A stretch of DNA of 64,000 bases from Azolla caroliniana. Lineage: Eukaryota > Plantae > Polypodiophyta. The DNA is taken from the NCBI GenBank assembly GCA_043228905.1, contig JBHGNT010000014.1, forward strand, positions 12,710,001-12,774,000. Direction: 5' to 3'. Position 1 is the first letter of the stretch. Every line of letters begins with the position of its first letter. Under the pieces are notes generated by a model, which saw only the letters and a program-made list of their open reading frames with translations, ran no database searches and had not been told where the DNA came from. This document shows positions 1 to 14,356 of this stretch, piece by piece. A program made the position numbers and the translations under genes.

Positions 1-396
1 TAGCCTTAATGTGCCTATTGTGTGCTATATTTTTAAATAGTCATATATGTATATAGGTATAAATTTGCTAGGGCAAAAGTGATAATAGATTAAGTGAGAT
101 TATCAATGGGTAATCATATGTATCTATAGAGTTGATGAAGGGTGTAGAGAGTGTGTGAGTGTTGTAGCCATCTATAAGACGAAGTCGAGTTCAAGGTTGT
201 TGCCTTAGAGTTTCTTGTACTCTCTTCATATAGTGATTCTGTTTGGAGTCTATGGGTTCTTGTAGTTTTTTTCCCTTTCTGGGTTTTCCACGATAATATC
301 TTGTCTCGTTGTCTGTGTTTTTTTGTTTGTTGGTTTGGCTATTGTCTTCTCTCATTTGTACTAATGAACCGATTGTGGCCAGCCTCATTCACGACA
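1..396 (+). mobile_element. 3' part of a solo/3' LTR related to the Copia-C LTR family (truncated by window edge)
   Basis: Motifs TCAAGGTTGTTGCCTT (191), GGGTTTTCCACG (281), CTATTGTCTTC and TTGTGGCC occur in the same order in the reverse complement of the Copia-C LTR. Ends ...CACGACA at 396; no PBS follows. Confidence 0.6.
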
Positions 397-3300
397 TTAC
401 GAGCCTTCTATTTAAAGTATAACCAACAAGAGCATATGTGCTCCTCCTACACATTGAACATGAGGTTTTTTGGAAGACACATATTGTTTCTGGGTGAGCA
501 CCTCTATAACTCATCCATGACCATCGTATGATCCATCCATGGTATAAAAGGATAACATCAAGCGCAATATTGCTTGTAGTTTTTATCATATATCGATTTA
601 ACTTTGACAAATGACCTCCCTCTATTTTTCACATATTTTAAGATAAATTTATGGAATGGGTAGCCATCTTTTTAAAACTATTTGATTAAAATGATTAAGA
701 AAGAGATTAAAATAGATAAAATGATAAACTGGAACAATGAATAATATGGATAATGAATTTCGAATCATTGTAAGTATTTTATACTTGTATGATAGATCAA
801 TTACAAATTTTGAAACTACAACTAAGAATGTAATATAAAAATTAGATTTGGACTAAACATAAATAAAGTGGAAGGCATTCATTAATAATCCTTGAACTAC
901 AAGGGATCAAGTTGAGGTCACCCCTTATATGAGGGGCAATTTTGATCTTTCCCTTAAGTCGATGCATATAATAAATGAACCATGCATATATGTCTATGCA
1001 TGGCCCAAAGATGGGATCACTACTCTAGAAGTATCATCGGTAGGTCATGGGTATCACCCAACCATTTAAGAAAGATTTCAAAAGTTTGCCAAAATGGGTT
1101 CAAACCTCATCATTGCATGGTTGCCAAATAATATCCATGCACTATCACACCATGTTTATGACAACAAAAATTATTATTGATCTTTTCAATTCAAGGTGAA
1201 TAGTGGGTTTATTCTCTTCTTCTACCTAGCGTCTTAAATACTTTGATTATCTAATGTCTTATGCTACTTGAGAGATTGATGAAAAAGTGTTGACACAATA
1301 ATGGTTTCCATGGCATCGAATTTTACTACATTGATAGAATGATATGTTGCAAACTAGAGTAATGTGTGAGGAAATAAGGAGCAAAAACCTTGTTCTTGGA
1401 AGGACTAGGAGTTGTACTCATGATTGTTGGTTAAGGATTGATCATCCCCTACATTAGATTTTGATGCAAACTAATTATTATTTTCATGAGATTTGATGAA
1501 TAAATATAACTCTTTGCTTTTGAGAACTACCTCACGATGTTGATATTCGTCGTTCAGTACGATGACATGCTTGGCTTAATCAGACTCAAAGTTACACTTG
1601 CATTCTCACTCTAATGTTGGATATTTTAACTGCTTGCATGAGATGAGACAAGGAATCTTTGACTTTGTCCATACAAGTAACTAAATTGAAACAAATTGCC
1701 TGCTTTTCAAGTATTAATAAGTAGAGACCTATATTTGATAGTTCTCTCAAAGTGTGACCAAATTATGCTTTCATGAAGGAATATTCAACTTTTTTGAGAT
1801 TTATTTATTGTGTAACTCTTCATGTATATATTTAATTAGATGTACACTCTCTTTTTTCAAGTGCACTTGTAATACATAGATGTACATTCATTAAATTGTG
1901 AGGGCCTAATCCCAATTGTCTTTAAAGCTCGTTTTTCGCATGTTCGACTAAGATAAAGCTCTCCCATGTTCATTTTTCGAGGCATTCTTTATTAAAATGT
2001 TTTGAACTACGTTAACTATCAATTGCATGGAAAACTAGACCTATACATCTTCATAAAATAATAGAGAACATAGATTATTATTTCAAACTATGAATAATAG
2101 GATTGTTAGAAAGTTCCTACTTTGTAACTTCTTTAGAGGTTTTGGACAATAAATCTCCCCCATGGTATCCATCTTTAGAAAATGAATGGATATAATTCAT
2201 CTTCAGTTGTTCCACACACATGTCACGTGCATGTAAATGATTCAACTACATAAAGGTGGATGTAAAGTAACATGTGTTCCAGTTCATCAATATCATATGT
2301 TGTAGAAATATAGGATGATTGTGGTCATTAAAGATGCCACTTTATTCTAACCTCACACTACATTGCATTCACACAATAATATGATAGAATCGAACATAAC
2401 AATGTATGTTAATGAAGCTCTTATGATAGTGCAATGAACTCTTAGCATTTTTTATTCGGTAGGATTGCTAAAAAAATTCATGAAGTATAACTATTCACAT
2501 GCCAAAAGTGATGGTTTATCGTGTTCATTTACTAGTCCAAAACATCCTTGCCATCCAAATTAGTTACATGATATTCTTTTTTTTGCCTCATTGTTGTTTT
2601 ACACTTAAATTCGAGTCTATTGGTAATATGATATTTGAACTTACTTGTTGAACCTCCCTAGATATATATATATATATATAATATTCTTATTATTCCACTC
2701 GTAGTTTGATGTCAAAGAACCTATTAGATTATGTGATGTTTCTTATACAAATCTGACATTGTTGTTGCACGCATTCGATGTTAATATACCACGGGTTATG
2801 CAAAAGGTACATGTATGGAGACATAGAATATCTAGTTCACTCATCTACATTATACTTCGTATGTTCTATTATAATCATATTGATTCTTACTTAATATTTT
2901 CTTAAAGATGTTTGCATTCATGGATATTGTGAATTGAATGTTTATATGGCATGTATAATCTATTTTGTGGCTACATGCTATCATAACCTTTACCATTTAA
3001 ACCATCATGTGAATTCATATGCAACTCATTGGCCCATTCTCACTACTCAACAATCATGTGAATTCCCATACGATATTTATGATTGGATGATGAAATAAAA
3101 ACAATTATGTTAAGCTTATAAGTTCGGTCGTTAAAATAGGCATAAAGTTTGTTAAAAGATCTTCAAAAAGATGATGCATCACTCCCAAGTCCCAACCCTA
3201 TTGAGGATGGTTGAAAAACACTTTTAAAGCACATCAATAAGTTGTATTGCCCAAGGTCATTTACGGTAGGTTAATAAAAAGAAAGGTAATCTCAAACCTA

Positions 3301-3649
3301 TTCATAAAGATGTGACCCAGCTATCACCATTGATTGTGAAACTCGTTTGTAAAGGGCTCATAATCAATATTATGGACATTGATAAACAAAATATCCACAT
3401 GAGGAGCTTTACTTCCGTATCGAGGTTACCCCTCTCTTTGCCAAACAACCCATTGTACTAATGCTATGATTGGACATTCTTCTAGCTTACATCTACATAT
3501 TTCTTCCCCTATGAGAAACCAAAAAATGAATGTCGCTTATATGTTTTATTTAGTTTTTCAAGCAATGACACCTCCCAAAAAGGCGTACAAATGACGGTCA
3601 TCACAATATTTGCTCTAGTGTCATGAAAAGTTGTAGAAATGGCAATTAT

Positions 3650-4336
3650 CAATATTTATCTATATATTGATAAACTCGAACTCCTTGATATTGTAGCAAC
3701 CATTTTAATATCTAGAGCTTTCTTTAGATTAATCAGAAAATTATATTGCAATTCTCTCTCACCAATATCAAGCAACAAGGTATTTTCAATCCCCCCATAA
3801 ACGATCCCAACTACAATTATCCGTGTCAACCTCATCTACATGTATTGCCTCAATATATGTCAAATTCTTCTCACTGATTTCCTCAATATCCTTAAGTCTC
3901 TTATAGCTCCCTAATTCTTCCCTTGCATGATTACATATTAAGATAATATTGGGCTCTTTGTTGGAGCAATTGTTTCCATATCAATATCCCCCACAAATTG
4001 TGAGGAAGTGATGTTCATGTCCTCTATTCTTGATGTCATATCGAACTAGGATAAAACATATATTTCCCATGAATAAGAGATAAAACCAAAACTCACCCAA
4101 TTTAAGACAATGAAGATGACGAAGATGGTAGGAGGCATGCAACACATGTTGAATAGGTGTATGTTAACAATACGCGGTTCTTTGTTTCTATTGTTACTAC
4201 CTGTACATACCACCAATTTAAACATCATATATCATCACGGAGCTCTAATCGAGATCTTCCCAATGTTAGTCTCTAAGCAAAATTTTGTTTACTAATAGAG
4301 ACCACAACAACAAAAAAAGCTCTCTTTTTCTTTTCT
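3650..4336 (-). mobile_element. Degraded 5' fragment of the same LINE family as 14970-50183
   Basis: Collinear similarity to 49470-50160, e.g. GTCAACCTCATCTACATGTATTGCCTC vs GTCAACCTTCATCTACATGTATTGCCTC and ATATCCCCCACAAATTGTGAGGAA vs ATATCCCCCACAATTTGTGAGGAA. Abuts a CT tract. Left boundary approximate. Confidence 0.7.
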
Positions 4337-4344
4337 CTCTCTCA

Positions 4345-4618
4345 AGAGTTAGCAACAACTCGGTTCAAGCCGGAACTAAGCCATTAGATCTTGTTTAAAA
4401 AGTTTGGCGGTTTGGTTCGGCTTGGTTCAGACTTGAGCTCAGTTTGGTTCGGCTTGAGACTTGTCAAACTAGTTCAAGCATAAGCAGCTTGGCCAAAGTA
4501 GTTTAGGGATTGGTTTGGTTTGGTTGTTTGAAAACTCCCAAACTGGTTAGGGATTAACTAGTTTGGCTTGGATAAGGGGAAATTGCTTAAGCCAAAACCA
4601 AACCATTGCCGATTCCTA
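4345..4618. mobile_element. hAT-like MITE inserted in a CT microsatellite
   Basis: 8-bp direct repeat CTCTCTCA at 4337-4344 and 4619-4626. Degenerate terminal inverted repeats (AGAGTTAGCAA / rc TAGGAATCGGCAA). Many subterminal GGTTTGG/GGTTCGG motifs. Confidence 0.55.
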
Positions 4619-6595
4619 CTCTCTCACTCTCGTTAAATGGGTGAGGGCCTTCAGGGCGCTACCCTCCACCCCTAGGTGACCTTGTAATGAGATGACAACA
4701 ATTGTGATAATGAAAACAAAGCAAATGTTCATATAAAGTGGCACTTGCCAGGACTTTTCAACACAACTTTGCGAAGAGCTCATTCTTCTTTATTGTTTCA
4801 TAGAGGTGTCCAACCTTTAGTGGAATGCACACACCCAATGTTTCTTCCTCGATTCAATAGTATTTATCCCAAGAGGTTTGGTTATCTCTTAAAGTCCAAA
4901 ATTCGGGTTTCTAAACATGAAAATTTGGCTCTTTGTAATAGTAACTTTATGGATTCAAAATTGAGCAATGTGTTTGATTTTGCAAGCAACATAAGAACTC
5001 TTGACCATAATCGTAGTTTGAGATCATGCACACTAACAATTTAACTTTACAACATTTTCATTAATACTTTTTTGCAATAAAATTGGAGTGCCATTAACAT
5101 TTTCCCATGGTAGAAGGTAACTTGAGTTGATAATATTGTTATTAAAGAGGCAATCCTAACAAACCTATAGGGCAAAATTGAATGAGAACATAAGTTTACA
5201 TGTGCGAGCCATATTATAAGCCTTTTCAACTAACATGACTTCATTCAATGTACTCTATATCTTGAAATCCATGCACTTCATTTAGGAAATCATCATGCGA
5301 TCACTATGAAGGCAACACTTTAACCCTAGTAGGAGTAACTTAACAACATTTTCATTTAAAAGAATTGTTTACAAACAAATAGAGTGCAAATTGGACAAGA
5401 ATTCAGGGCATATAAGTCTTAAAATAGTGGCATGGCATCATACAATGTCTTCCATCAATTTCAAACTCTATATGTTGGAGCACATACACATCATTGATGG
5501 AATGTTCATGTGTCTGCCATGATGGCAACCTTTTAACTACACACAACAATGCAATCTCATTACAAAGCTAACCTTGTGGATCATTCTAAGATTGCATGAA
5601 TCGGATATTAGAATTTTAATGAGATCATTATGCTTAAAAATAATAGTGTGTATGTTTTCAACAAGACGTTGCAATGGCCAATCAAATTTAAAATAATCTC
5701 TAATGATTTACAAATGGCATATATGTTGGTGCAATTATGTACATAATAAGGAGTGATATCACATGAACAAAATCATCTAAAATGTTGAAACTCATCAAAA
5801 TATGAAAGACGATTTCTTGATCAAACAGATTCATTATGACCACAACAAATTGGACATGGTATATTATAGTTGGCAACAATATCATGTTCTTCGTATTTAG
5901 CGGCCTCCTATTAACCTTTTTCAGTAAGGATAAGCGCATACTCTCATTGAACTCATGTAATAAAAAGGCCATACATACCTTCTTACTAGACTATTAGAAT
6001 ATGTTTTTTAACGCCCCACGATTTCAACGAAGTTTATGCATTTTATGTTGAGGATTACTTGCATTACTAGGGAACGTCTATTAAAAACATATCTATGAAT
6101 ACCCCACCACACTCTCCAAGTTTTAAAGGTAGTTTAGGGAGCATGTAAACAACCCATTTTTCTTGACCAATTTCTAAGTAACAACCTCTTGTTTCTTCAT
6201 CGAATGTGGATGCCCAAAAAAGCAAAGAAACATCATTTTTGCCTGTTGCATGTTTATCCTTGAAATAAGCAAATGTCTCTCTTTGATGTCAACTTCTCAT
6301 GTCAGGGTTTTGCCGAAAGTTAAGCTAGCTACGTGATTAGAAATAGTTGTCCCACATGTACAAAAACTAAATCACTTTATTATATGTATCTAATAAGATT
6401 CCATATTCACGTGGAACATTTTTAAGAAGACCCAATGAAGGCATCCAAATTTTCTTTGTTTTGGGGTTTGTCCAAACGCATTTTTCAAGAAGTAAAGAAA
6501 ACTCTAGGGCATTTGGCCAAAGGCGTTTTCTTGAAGTAAGGAAACTTACGGGCATTATGCCAAACAATTGAAGAGCTCCACATTGGGTATTTTGT

Positions 6596-6598
<3 letters not shown>

Positions 6599-6634
<36 letters not shown>

Positions 6635-6700
6635 GTAAAAGCACACAATTAGATTAATTGTATGTAAAATCCACTTGTTACAACACTTCTTAGTCCCCTC
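6599..6700 (-). mobile_element. (CT)n microsatellite abutting a short LINE 3'-terminal relic
   Basis: 6631-6685 (AAAAGCACACAATTAGATTAAT...TAAAATCCACTTGTTACAA) resembles 14973-15022 (AAAACACACAATTACATTAAT...TAAAACACTACTTACAA). Both directly follow (CT)n. Confidence 0.5.
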
Positions 6701-7712
6701 TACCTACCTATCCTATCCTATGTAGGGAGAGGAACGTCCTGCAATGCCACTAGAAAACCAGAATTATGCAAATGTTGAAGTGCATGCATTAGGTTCGTTC
6801 ATTTCAGAGGAGGAGAGAGTCTTTTTAGGTGAGTGAGGAGAGTGTTTCTTTTAACGAGATATAGAGCAACAACTAAGTTGTCACAATGAAAATGAGGAAC
6901 GGCCGACTTGAATCCACGCACAACCTTAAAAAAGCTTCTATATCGGAAGCATATTGCGCGTACAGATGCACGGTTCCGATGAACGTACAGACACATACCG
7001 CACATGTAAAAAAAGAAGGCGAATGTGTTTGCATCGCATGTAAATGTCAAATGTGCCTTTTGTGTTTTAAATTCCTGAAGGATTGAAGGAATGAAGGAAA
7101 GGAGCTCAACCAAGAGAACACAACACATAGACACACACATGGCCATAGCCATAGCCATAGCCATAGCCAATGCTCACTACTCTTCATTATTTGGGTTTGT
7201 AATGAATAAAAAAAGGCCTTCCTTTTTAATCTTTCCCAGAGAGAGAAAAAGAAGAAAGAGGAGAGGAGGGAAAAAAAGAAGAAAAAAAGCAGCTGAAAAA
7301 AGCAATAAAGACTCATGTGTAACAACAGAATTGAATATATATATATATATATATATACCAAAATAAATCAAGGGGAAAAATAAATAAATATACCAGAATT
7401 AAATTAAGCAAATAAAAAGTTTTTAATTTTAATTTTTTGGTTTTTGAAATAGGAAACAGAAGGAGGTGATGATGATGGTGGTGGTGAAGTTGAGCAGCCA
7501 GCTGGCAGCAATTTGATTTCAATTTTTTTTATTTTTTTATTTTCTTTTAAATGCAAGAAAGCAGAAAGAGAAACTGATAAATGGGTGCTTAAAACTAGGA
7601 AGGCCCTAGAAACAGAGCAATCTCTTCTTCTTCTTCTTCTTCTTCTTCTTCTTCTTTTGGGGCTCCATAGCCCTCCTCATACATACACATACATACATAC
7701 ACACAAACTATT

Positions 7713-9977
7713 ATGATGGGTACTACTCAATTCTACTGTTTCTTCTTCTTCTTCTTCTTCTTCTCCATCAGTTGTTCCACCACATTAGCTGCTACCAATG
7801 ATCCTTACTACCTTAATTTCTCTGGAGAAGATTTCACTCCTTGGGATCCTTCACACCTCAAACTCCTCAACAATGGCTCTCAACTTCAACTAGTTCTTGA
7901 CGAGAATTCAGGTACCCCTTCCATATGCAAATAAATGGCTATTTTTCTTATTTCTCCCTTTCATCTAGAGTATTGCATTCCATTCCATTCCATTCCATTG
8001 TATTGTATTGTATTGTATTGTATTGTATGGAATTTCTCCATATATTGATCAAACAACACCTGGAAAACAACATTTTGGCATTAAGGAATGACCTTTATGT
8101 GTGTGTATGTGTGTTGGTGATGATTTCAGGTAGTGGATTGTCTTCTAAAGATAGGTATTTGTTCGGAAGCTTTGAGATCCAGATGAAAGTAGCTGCTGGA
8201 GACACTGCTGGAACTGTCACTGCCTTTTATGTATGCTCTTCCAGCATTCTTCCCCTCTCTTAACTGAATGACTTGTCTTGGAAATTTTGCGTCTAAATGT
8301 ATGTATATCTAAGTATGGGCGTTCTTGATAGATGTAATAGTATATGCATGTATATAATAGTGTATGTATGTATGTATGTATGTATGTATGTATGTATGTA
8401 TGTATGAAGCAGTGGAGTTGGATTCTCAATAGATAATAGTGTATGTATGTATGTATGTGTGTATGTATGTATGTATGTATGTATGTATGTATGTATGTAT
8501 GTATGTATGAAGCAGTGGAGTTGGATCCTCAATAGATGCATGCAGTATTCGTTGTTACATGATTGATTGATTATTGTAAAATTCTATGTCCATGTCAATG
8601 AAGACAGCAAGTGCTGAGAGAAAAAACATCTAGTAGATGTGTTTATGAATGTATGTATGCTGCAGATGTGTATGAATTTATGCACATGTATATAAATGAG
8701 TGTATGCATTGTAGATGAGGGGGGCATACATTCATGTATGTATACTTTTATGTATTAAGATATGGAAATGGGTTGTGGTAGAGGTAAAAAAAATGTTGGT
8801 CTGTGAACTCTAATATATGGTCTGTATAACACAAAAGCTAATGGTTTCCCAATGGCCTATAGTTATCATCTGCTCCGGAAACCTCGGCAGAGACTAGGGA
8901 TGAGCTAGATTTCGAGTTCTTGGGCAATGTGAGTGGCCAGCCATACCTCCTGCAGACCAATATCTTCACAAATGGCACTGGATACAAAGAGCAGAGGATC
9001 TACCTCTGGTTTGATCCTACTGCAGATTTCCACACTTACACCATCTCATGGACTAAAGAAATTGTAATGTAAGTCACCATGTTGTTTTAGCAAATACACA
9101 TATTTAGATGCATTCATACATATATACATACAAATACATAAGCATACACACATACATGCATCAACTATATAAGGGTGCATGTGTGCATGTATGTTATGTA
9201 TGGACCTACATGTACACAAACATACATGCATGCATGCATGCATGTATGTATGCATGCATGGACCTACATATATACACAAACATACATGCATACCTTAATT
9301 GGAGGGATTACATTATGCTGCATTAGGGGGAAATCTCCTTCTGTTGTGAAAGCCCAGAACATAATGAAGAAGTGGATGCCTGCTGCATATGCTTGCCTTG
9401 ATATCCTATGAGACATTGCAAGAATGTTAATTTGCTTATATACATACATGCATCCATGTAAGCATGACCACTTCCATCCATGTGTGGCACACCTCTATAC
9501 ATACATACATCAATCTATCCTTTCATGCCCTAGCTTAATCATCATCAGTTTTTGTGTTTCAGATTTTCGGTTGATGGAGTAGCCATACGGAAATTCCCTA
9601 ATGGTGCGAAATGGGGCCAACCCTATGTGGATAAGCATTCCATGGGTGCATATTTAAGCATATGGAATGGGGATGATTGGGCTACTTTAGGAGGACTTGT
9701 CAAGATCAATTGGACGGCAGCGCCTTTCATCGCGAGTTACCAACATTTTAAAGCCGACGCATGTCATTACGATGGGAACATGACATTGTGTATGCAAAGC
9801 AAGTTTGCACAGAGTCCCCTTGGACCACAACCAAATGTTCTTGAAGGAGCTAAGGACGAGACAGATTTACATAGTAATCTCCAATGGATCCAAGATAACT
9901 TTATGGTATATAATTATTGCCACGATAGGGAGAGATTTCCACAGGTACCCATAGAATGTGTCCATGGGCGTATGTGA
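7713..9977 (+). CDS. XTH: Xyloglucan endotransglucosylase/hydrolase (GH16), 4 exons: 7713-7911, 8130-8230, 8863-9068, 9563-9977
   Basis: GT-AG introns with compatible phases. Hydrophobic signal peptide, 101-nt exon 2 (AGTVTAFY), catalytic DELDFEFLG followed by the NVS glycosylation sequon, [22 protein letters not shown] and C-terminal [15 protein letters not shown]. Confidence 0.96.
8356..8537. repeat. Tandem duplication with (TATG)n arrays in XTH intron 2
   Basis: Two units of TAATAGTG-(TATG)n-AAGCAGTGGAGTTGGATYCTCAATAGA. Confidence 0.85.
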
Positions 9978-12900
9978 CCATGTCTTGCATCAAATTCATG
10001 CATCATAGATACATGGCCGTATATAGTGCATGATCCATCATGTTATAGAGAGATGCCATATTGGCAAACATACATATAGCTATAAATGTGTTGTAACAAC
10101 AATATCTCTGCATGCTACCTTAACTTACTTCATTGATTCATTTATTTTTTTGACCTTAGAACTATGCCCTTACTATCAAGTTTTCTTTTCTTTTCCTCTA
10201 TATTTTGTCCCTAAAACTATAGCCACCACAATGCATTTGCCTAGGGCAACCTTGGTAGAGGCCTAAGCCTGATTAAAATCAATCAAGATGTATGTAGATG
10301 TCCCTATATCACGAAATAGTTCCATGTATCAATCATTAACTATTTTTTGGTCTTACCTCAAGGCCTATGTTTACTATGTCCTTTTCTTATTATTGCAAGA
10401 TAACTTTTAGTATGTTCACTTCAAATTATAAAGCTGCAAACAATATGTTTCTATACCATGTGCCAACCCATAAAAAGCAAAAAGTGTTGCAAACTAACTA
10501 AAGTTGAAAATAAGACTAGTGTTGAAGAAAGTTGGTGCTTGACAAGAATAGTGGATGTTGTGGGAAAGACAACCTCATCAATTGAATAACTCAAACATGT
10601 TGAACGATGACCTCCATGGTTTGGTTTTGGTAAGGGCCATTAGCTTAGCATCTTGGTACTTGTAGTTTTCACTATTGGCAGAATTCCAATGGCTATTCAA
10701 TGCACAATCATTGGCATGCTTGTAATGGAGGTCTAGGCTTGTGCAAGAAGTTAGTGTTGTGTGTTTGCCTTTGTACACTTTGTAAAATTGTATGTGATAT
10801 TAAAACTTATCCCTATAAGGTTATGATTCTCAAGAAAGCATTTGCCAACGTGACATTGGTGACCATTCTTGATTGTTTGTTGGAGGGGGGTGTCCTTGGT
10901 AATGGATGTGGCACAGTTCTCTTTAATGTGCTTGCAGGATGGGCATTTGAATACAAGCTAGTGTGGTTTATTATAAGTTAAAACAAAGATAAAAAGTGGA
11001 TAAGCAAGGGAAACATAGAGAACGTAAGTGTCCATGAGGACAATGCTCCAACAATGTTATAAATAGATCTTCACGTAAACTCATTGAATTTATTTATAAC
11101 AATTTGTAATGATTGTGTTGAAGGTTATCTTTCTAAACCATATACTTGTACATAAGGACATTGTAACAATCAAAGTCGTAGTACCATGTAGAACTATATG
11201 TAGCTCTCATGGTTATGTGAACCTCACATGAGGGATTTGGTAGCATTGATTCTTGATCCAATCCTTCTTTATGTAGCCTTCACTACACATGAGGTTAGAA
11301 ATCTTGTGCATGTGACCCTACACATAGACCTAGTTAACATGATTGTGCATTGACCCCCTCGACCAGATTGTTAATGTCCAAGGCTCAAGCATACTAGTTT
11401 TAGTCAATACACATCATATCTATCTTATTGCTATCAATGTTACATGTACTTATGATGTCAAAATTGTAATTTGGTCTTGGAGTAATGTGCAAGTGCAAAC
11501 CACATTGAACATGGTGTTTTCTTGGGGTAGGGGCAAACTAATGATGTGGTAGTGTGAGTGACGGCTAATAACATGAGTCATGACTAAAAAGTAAGTAAAA
11601 ATATGTAAAGGCTAGAAGATGCTCAATATTGAATACACATCATTATATAATAAATTTTTATAGATGGTGAATAAGCAAAGACAATATTTCTCTCTCATAC
11701 ACACATGTATTAAATAAGAGTCAAGATACAATAAGGAGATTTTTGGTGTTCCAGGAGTTCGGAGAAGTTGAATGAGCAGAAAATCTTAGCGCATGTGACC
11801 AACTAACTAACTATTTTTTTCCAAAAAACACTACTTCGCATTAGTTAGTAAATAGAATACATCAGAGTTTACCTGAATCCACAATGGGATCAACATATAC
11901 AACTCGGAGGAACAACTCCAAAACTATCAAACAAAAACTCACACGACCCTAACTCCAACAAATTTGAAATAAACCCAATTTTACCCCGACTCTACTTCTC
12001 CCAACTAACAAACTATTAATTATAAGTTTATAACAAAGGTAGAGAATGATATAGTAGGAGAGAGGGAACAAGTTGAAAGCAAAAGAGAAAGAGGGATGGT
12101 TCATAAATGAGCTAGAAGTGGTTAATTGCTTTTATTATTATGAAAATAGCTAGAGAAAGAGTGACATATTCATAAAGCCTCCTACGACAAGCTCTTATGT
12201 CAATCGCAATATTGTGCTTTCGAAGTCAAAAGTCAAGCCTCTTGACCCTTCCTAAAGATGACTCTTCTATGTTTGTGGAATTGTTATCACAACTTGAGGA
12301 AAATACTTATCCCGTACAATTAATACGATGCTCGAATAATGATTACTAAGATATCCCCCATAGAATGATGAATATCCACGTAAATGGATTGCAGATGCCA
12401 GATTCTATTAGCCATGACACTTCAGCTCAACAACACATATTATATCCCATTCTCTACTTAACAAAGTTTCCCATAATATATTCTTATGAAGAAAACACAT
12501 TCCAGGTTATGACTTTCATCCAATCAATGATCTTATAGGTGCGCTTACTCCTTTAGGGCAATCGATGCCATGAAACTAGTTCAAAACATGTTCCAAAGCT
12601 ACATATTGGTTTTCATGCACCACATTCCAGGGCATATTCAAAAACCTTTTGTTTAGTTCCTCTAGCCTAAGGAAAACCTTGAGGAATTGATGAACTTACA
12701 ACCCAACCATAGTTGTTACAAAGTGTGTATTTTTATGTTTAGAATACCCTAAGGTGGTAAACATATATTCCACATTTTACAATTGCCATTTAAAAATATT
12801 TCACGTATTTTATGTTGTCAAGAAGTTATGCAAGTGTGTAAAATAGAGTGGAACCACTGATAATCTAAACCAAGGAAGATGATTTGTAGATAAAGAGTCG

Positions 12901-13761
12901 TCGGAGATGATAGTTGTGAAAGCCACATCTCTTCACGATGGGCTTCTTGAACCAATTTGCAAGTTCATGTGGACATGCACAAATAGTGTGGGTGGATATG
13001 TTTGTGTATAAGTGTGCACAATTCGTGTGGATATGTAAATGTATGTGTCTACGAGTGGTATAAGTATGTACATATACCTAAGGGTAAATAGGTATTTGTA
13101 TGTGCTTGAGTGCATGCATTTGATTAAGGTGTAATTGTGTGAACGTGACTATATATGTCTAAAGCATGTTTGAAAATATAAGTGTTGGTATTATATATTT
13201 AGTACAATTTATGTAAGTGTAGATGTGTGCATATATATGAGTATCTAATTGTATGTTGGCACGTAGGTGTATGTGTATGTGTCAACATATGTCCCAACTC
13301 CTACCTCACTGACCCGTTCATTGGGGATTTACATAGACAGAGATTGATGATATTGGCATTTAACCTTAAAGTGGCCCCATTCACCACATACAAGGGAATG
13401 ACCCGTAAATGTCTCCCACTTCAATTAAAAGAAGTCATTTCATACCCTTCTTATGAGTATTCATTGGCACCCATCACGATCTCTTACTATTTGCATCCCA
13501 TAATATACAAAGTCTATAGCTGCTTGATGCATTTGCATATAGGGATACCAACATTTTACCCATTTGACTCATCAACAGGAGTGAAAGGGGCAAAAAAATG
13601 TGTGTTTACAATCCACTATCACCTAAACCAAGCATTCTTGATTCAAGGAAGCTTGATAGTCCAATGTGGGAAACCATCACAATATCACACGCACAAACTA
13701 GTTAGCAAAGCACATAGAACTTTATCCAACAATGCATTTCAATGTTAAGGGAATAGAATAT

Positions 13762-13872
13762 GACACCATAAAACTCTTGTGAACATCTGCTTGCATATAT
13801 GTTCTCCACACAAATGTATCGTCGAATTGTATGGAGAACATATATGCACGTTCACAAGGGTTTTATGATGTC
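13762..13872. other. ~110-nt near-perfect inverted repeat (fold-back)
   Basis: GACACCATAAAACTCTTGTGAAC...TGCATATATGTTCTCCACACAA pairs with TTGTATGGAGAACATATATGCA...GTTCACAAGGGTTTTATGATGTC. Confidence 0.85.
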
Positions 13873-14356
13873 CGATTTATAAATGGAAGTTACTTAGTAA
13901 AAAATACGATAATATATCTGATCTATAGAATGCATATTGTATGTGAAGTATTCTACAACAATGGAAGTAAGTGAAAAGGATGTTCTTGCTATATTGCATC
14001 CACATAGTACTAAAACAAGTACATAGTCTTGAAGGAAATTTGATTCGTTAGTTCACGTGAATTGCAACCAAGCTTTGCAAGGTACCTTGTTGTCATAGGG
14101 GCTTAAACCTACATCCAATACTCCAAAAGCCTAGGCCCACAAGAATCCATCGAATTTGCCCAAATTTCCATTTGCAAATGTGAAACGGTATGCACGCTTT
14201 TTTCTGAAAAGTATCACGACACAACAGTGATCCCTTCTCTTTCATTATGTGTGTGTGTGTGTGTGTAAATGTATGTATGCAATTGAAGACATAAGTCTAT
14301 GACGGCTAAGATTACAATGGTCTCTATTATATACTTCATACATAGCTTTTAACTCA

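Noticed and set aside
400-3600. AT-rich region (also 11200-13700 and 62600-64000)
   Set aside because: No supportable ORF, terminus or repeat structure; probably old TE debris or intergenic DNA.
4680-6590. Possible decayed transposase-like region
   Set aside because: Cys/His-rich fragments with many stops and no motif I can assign.
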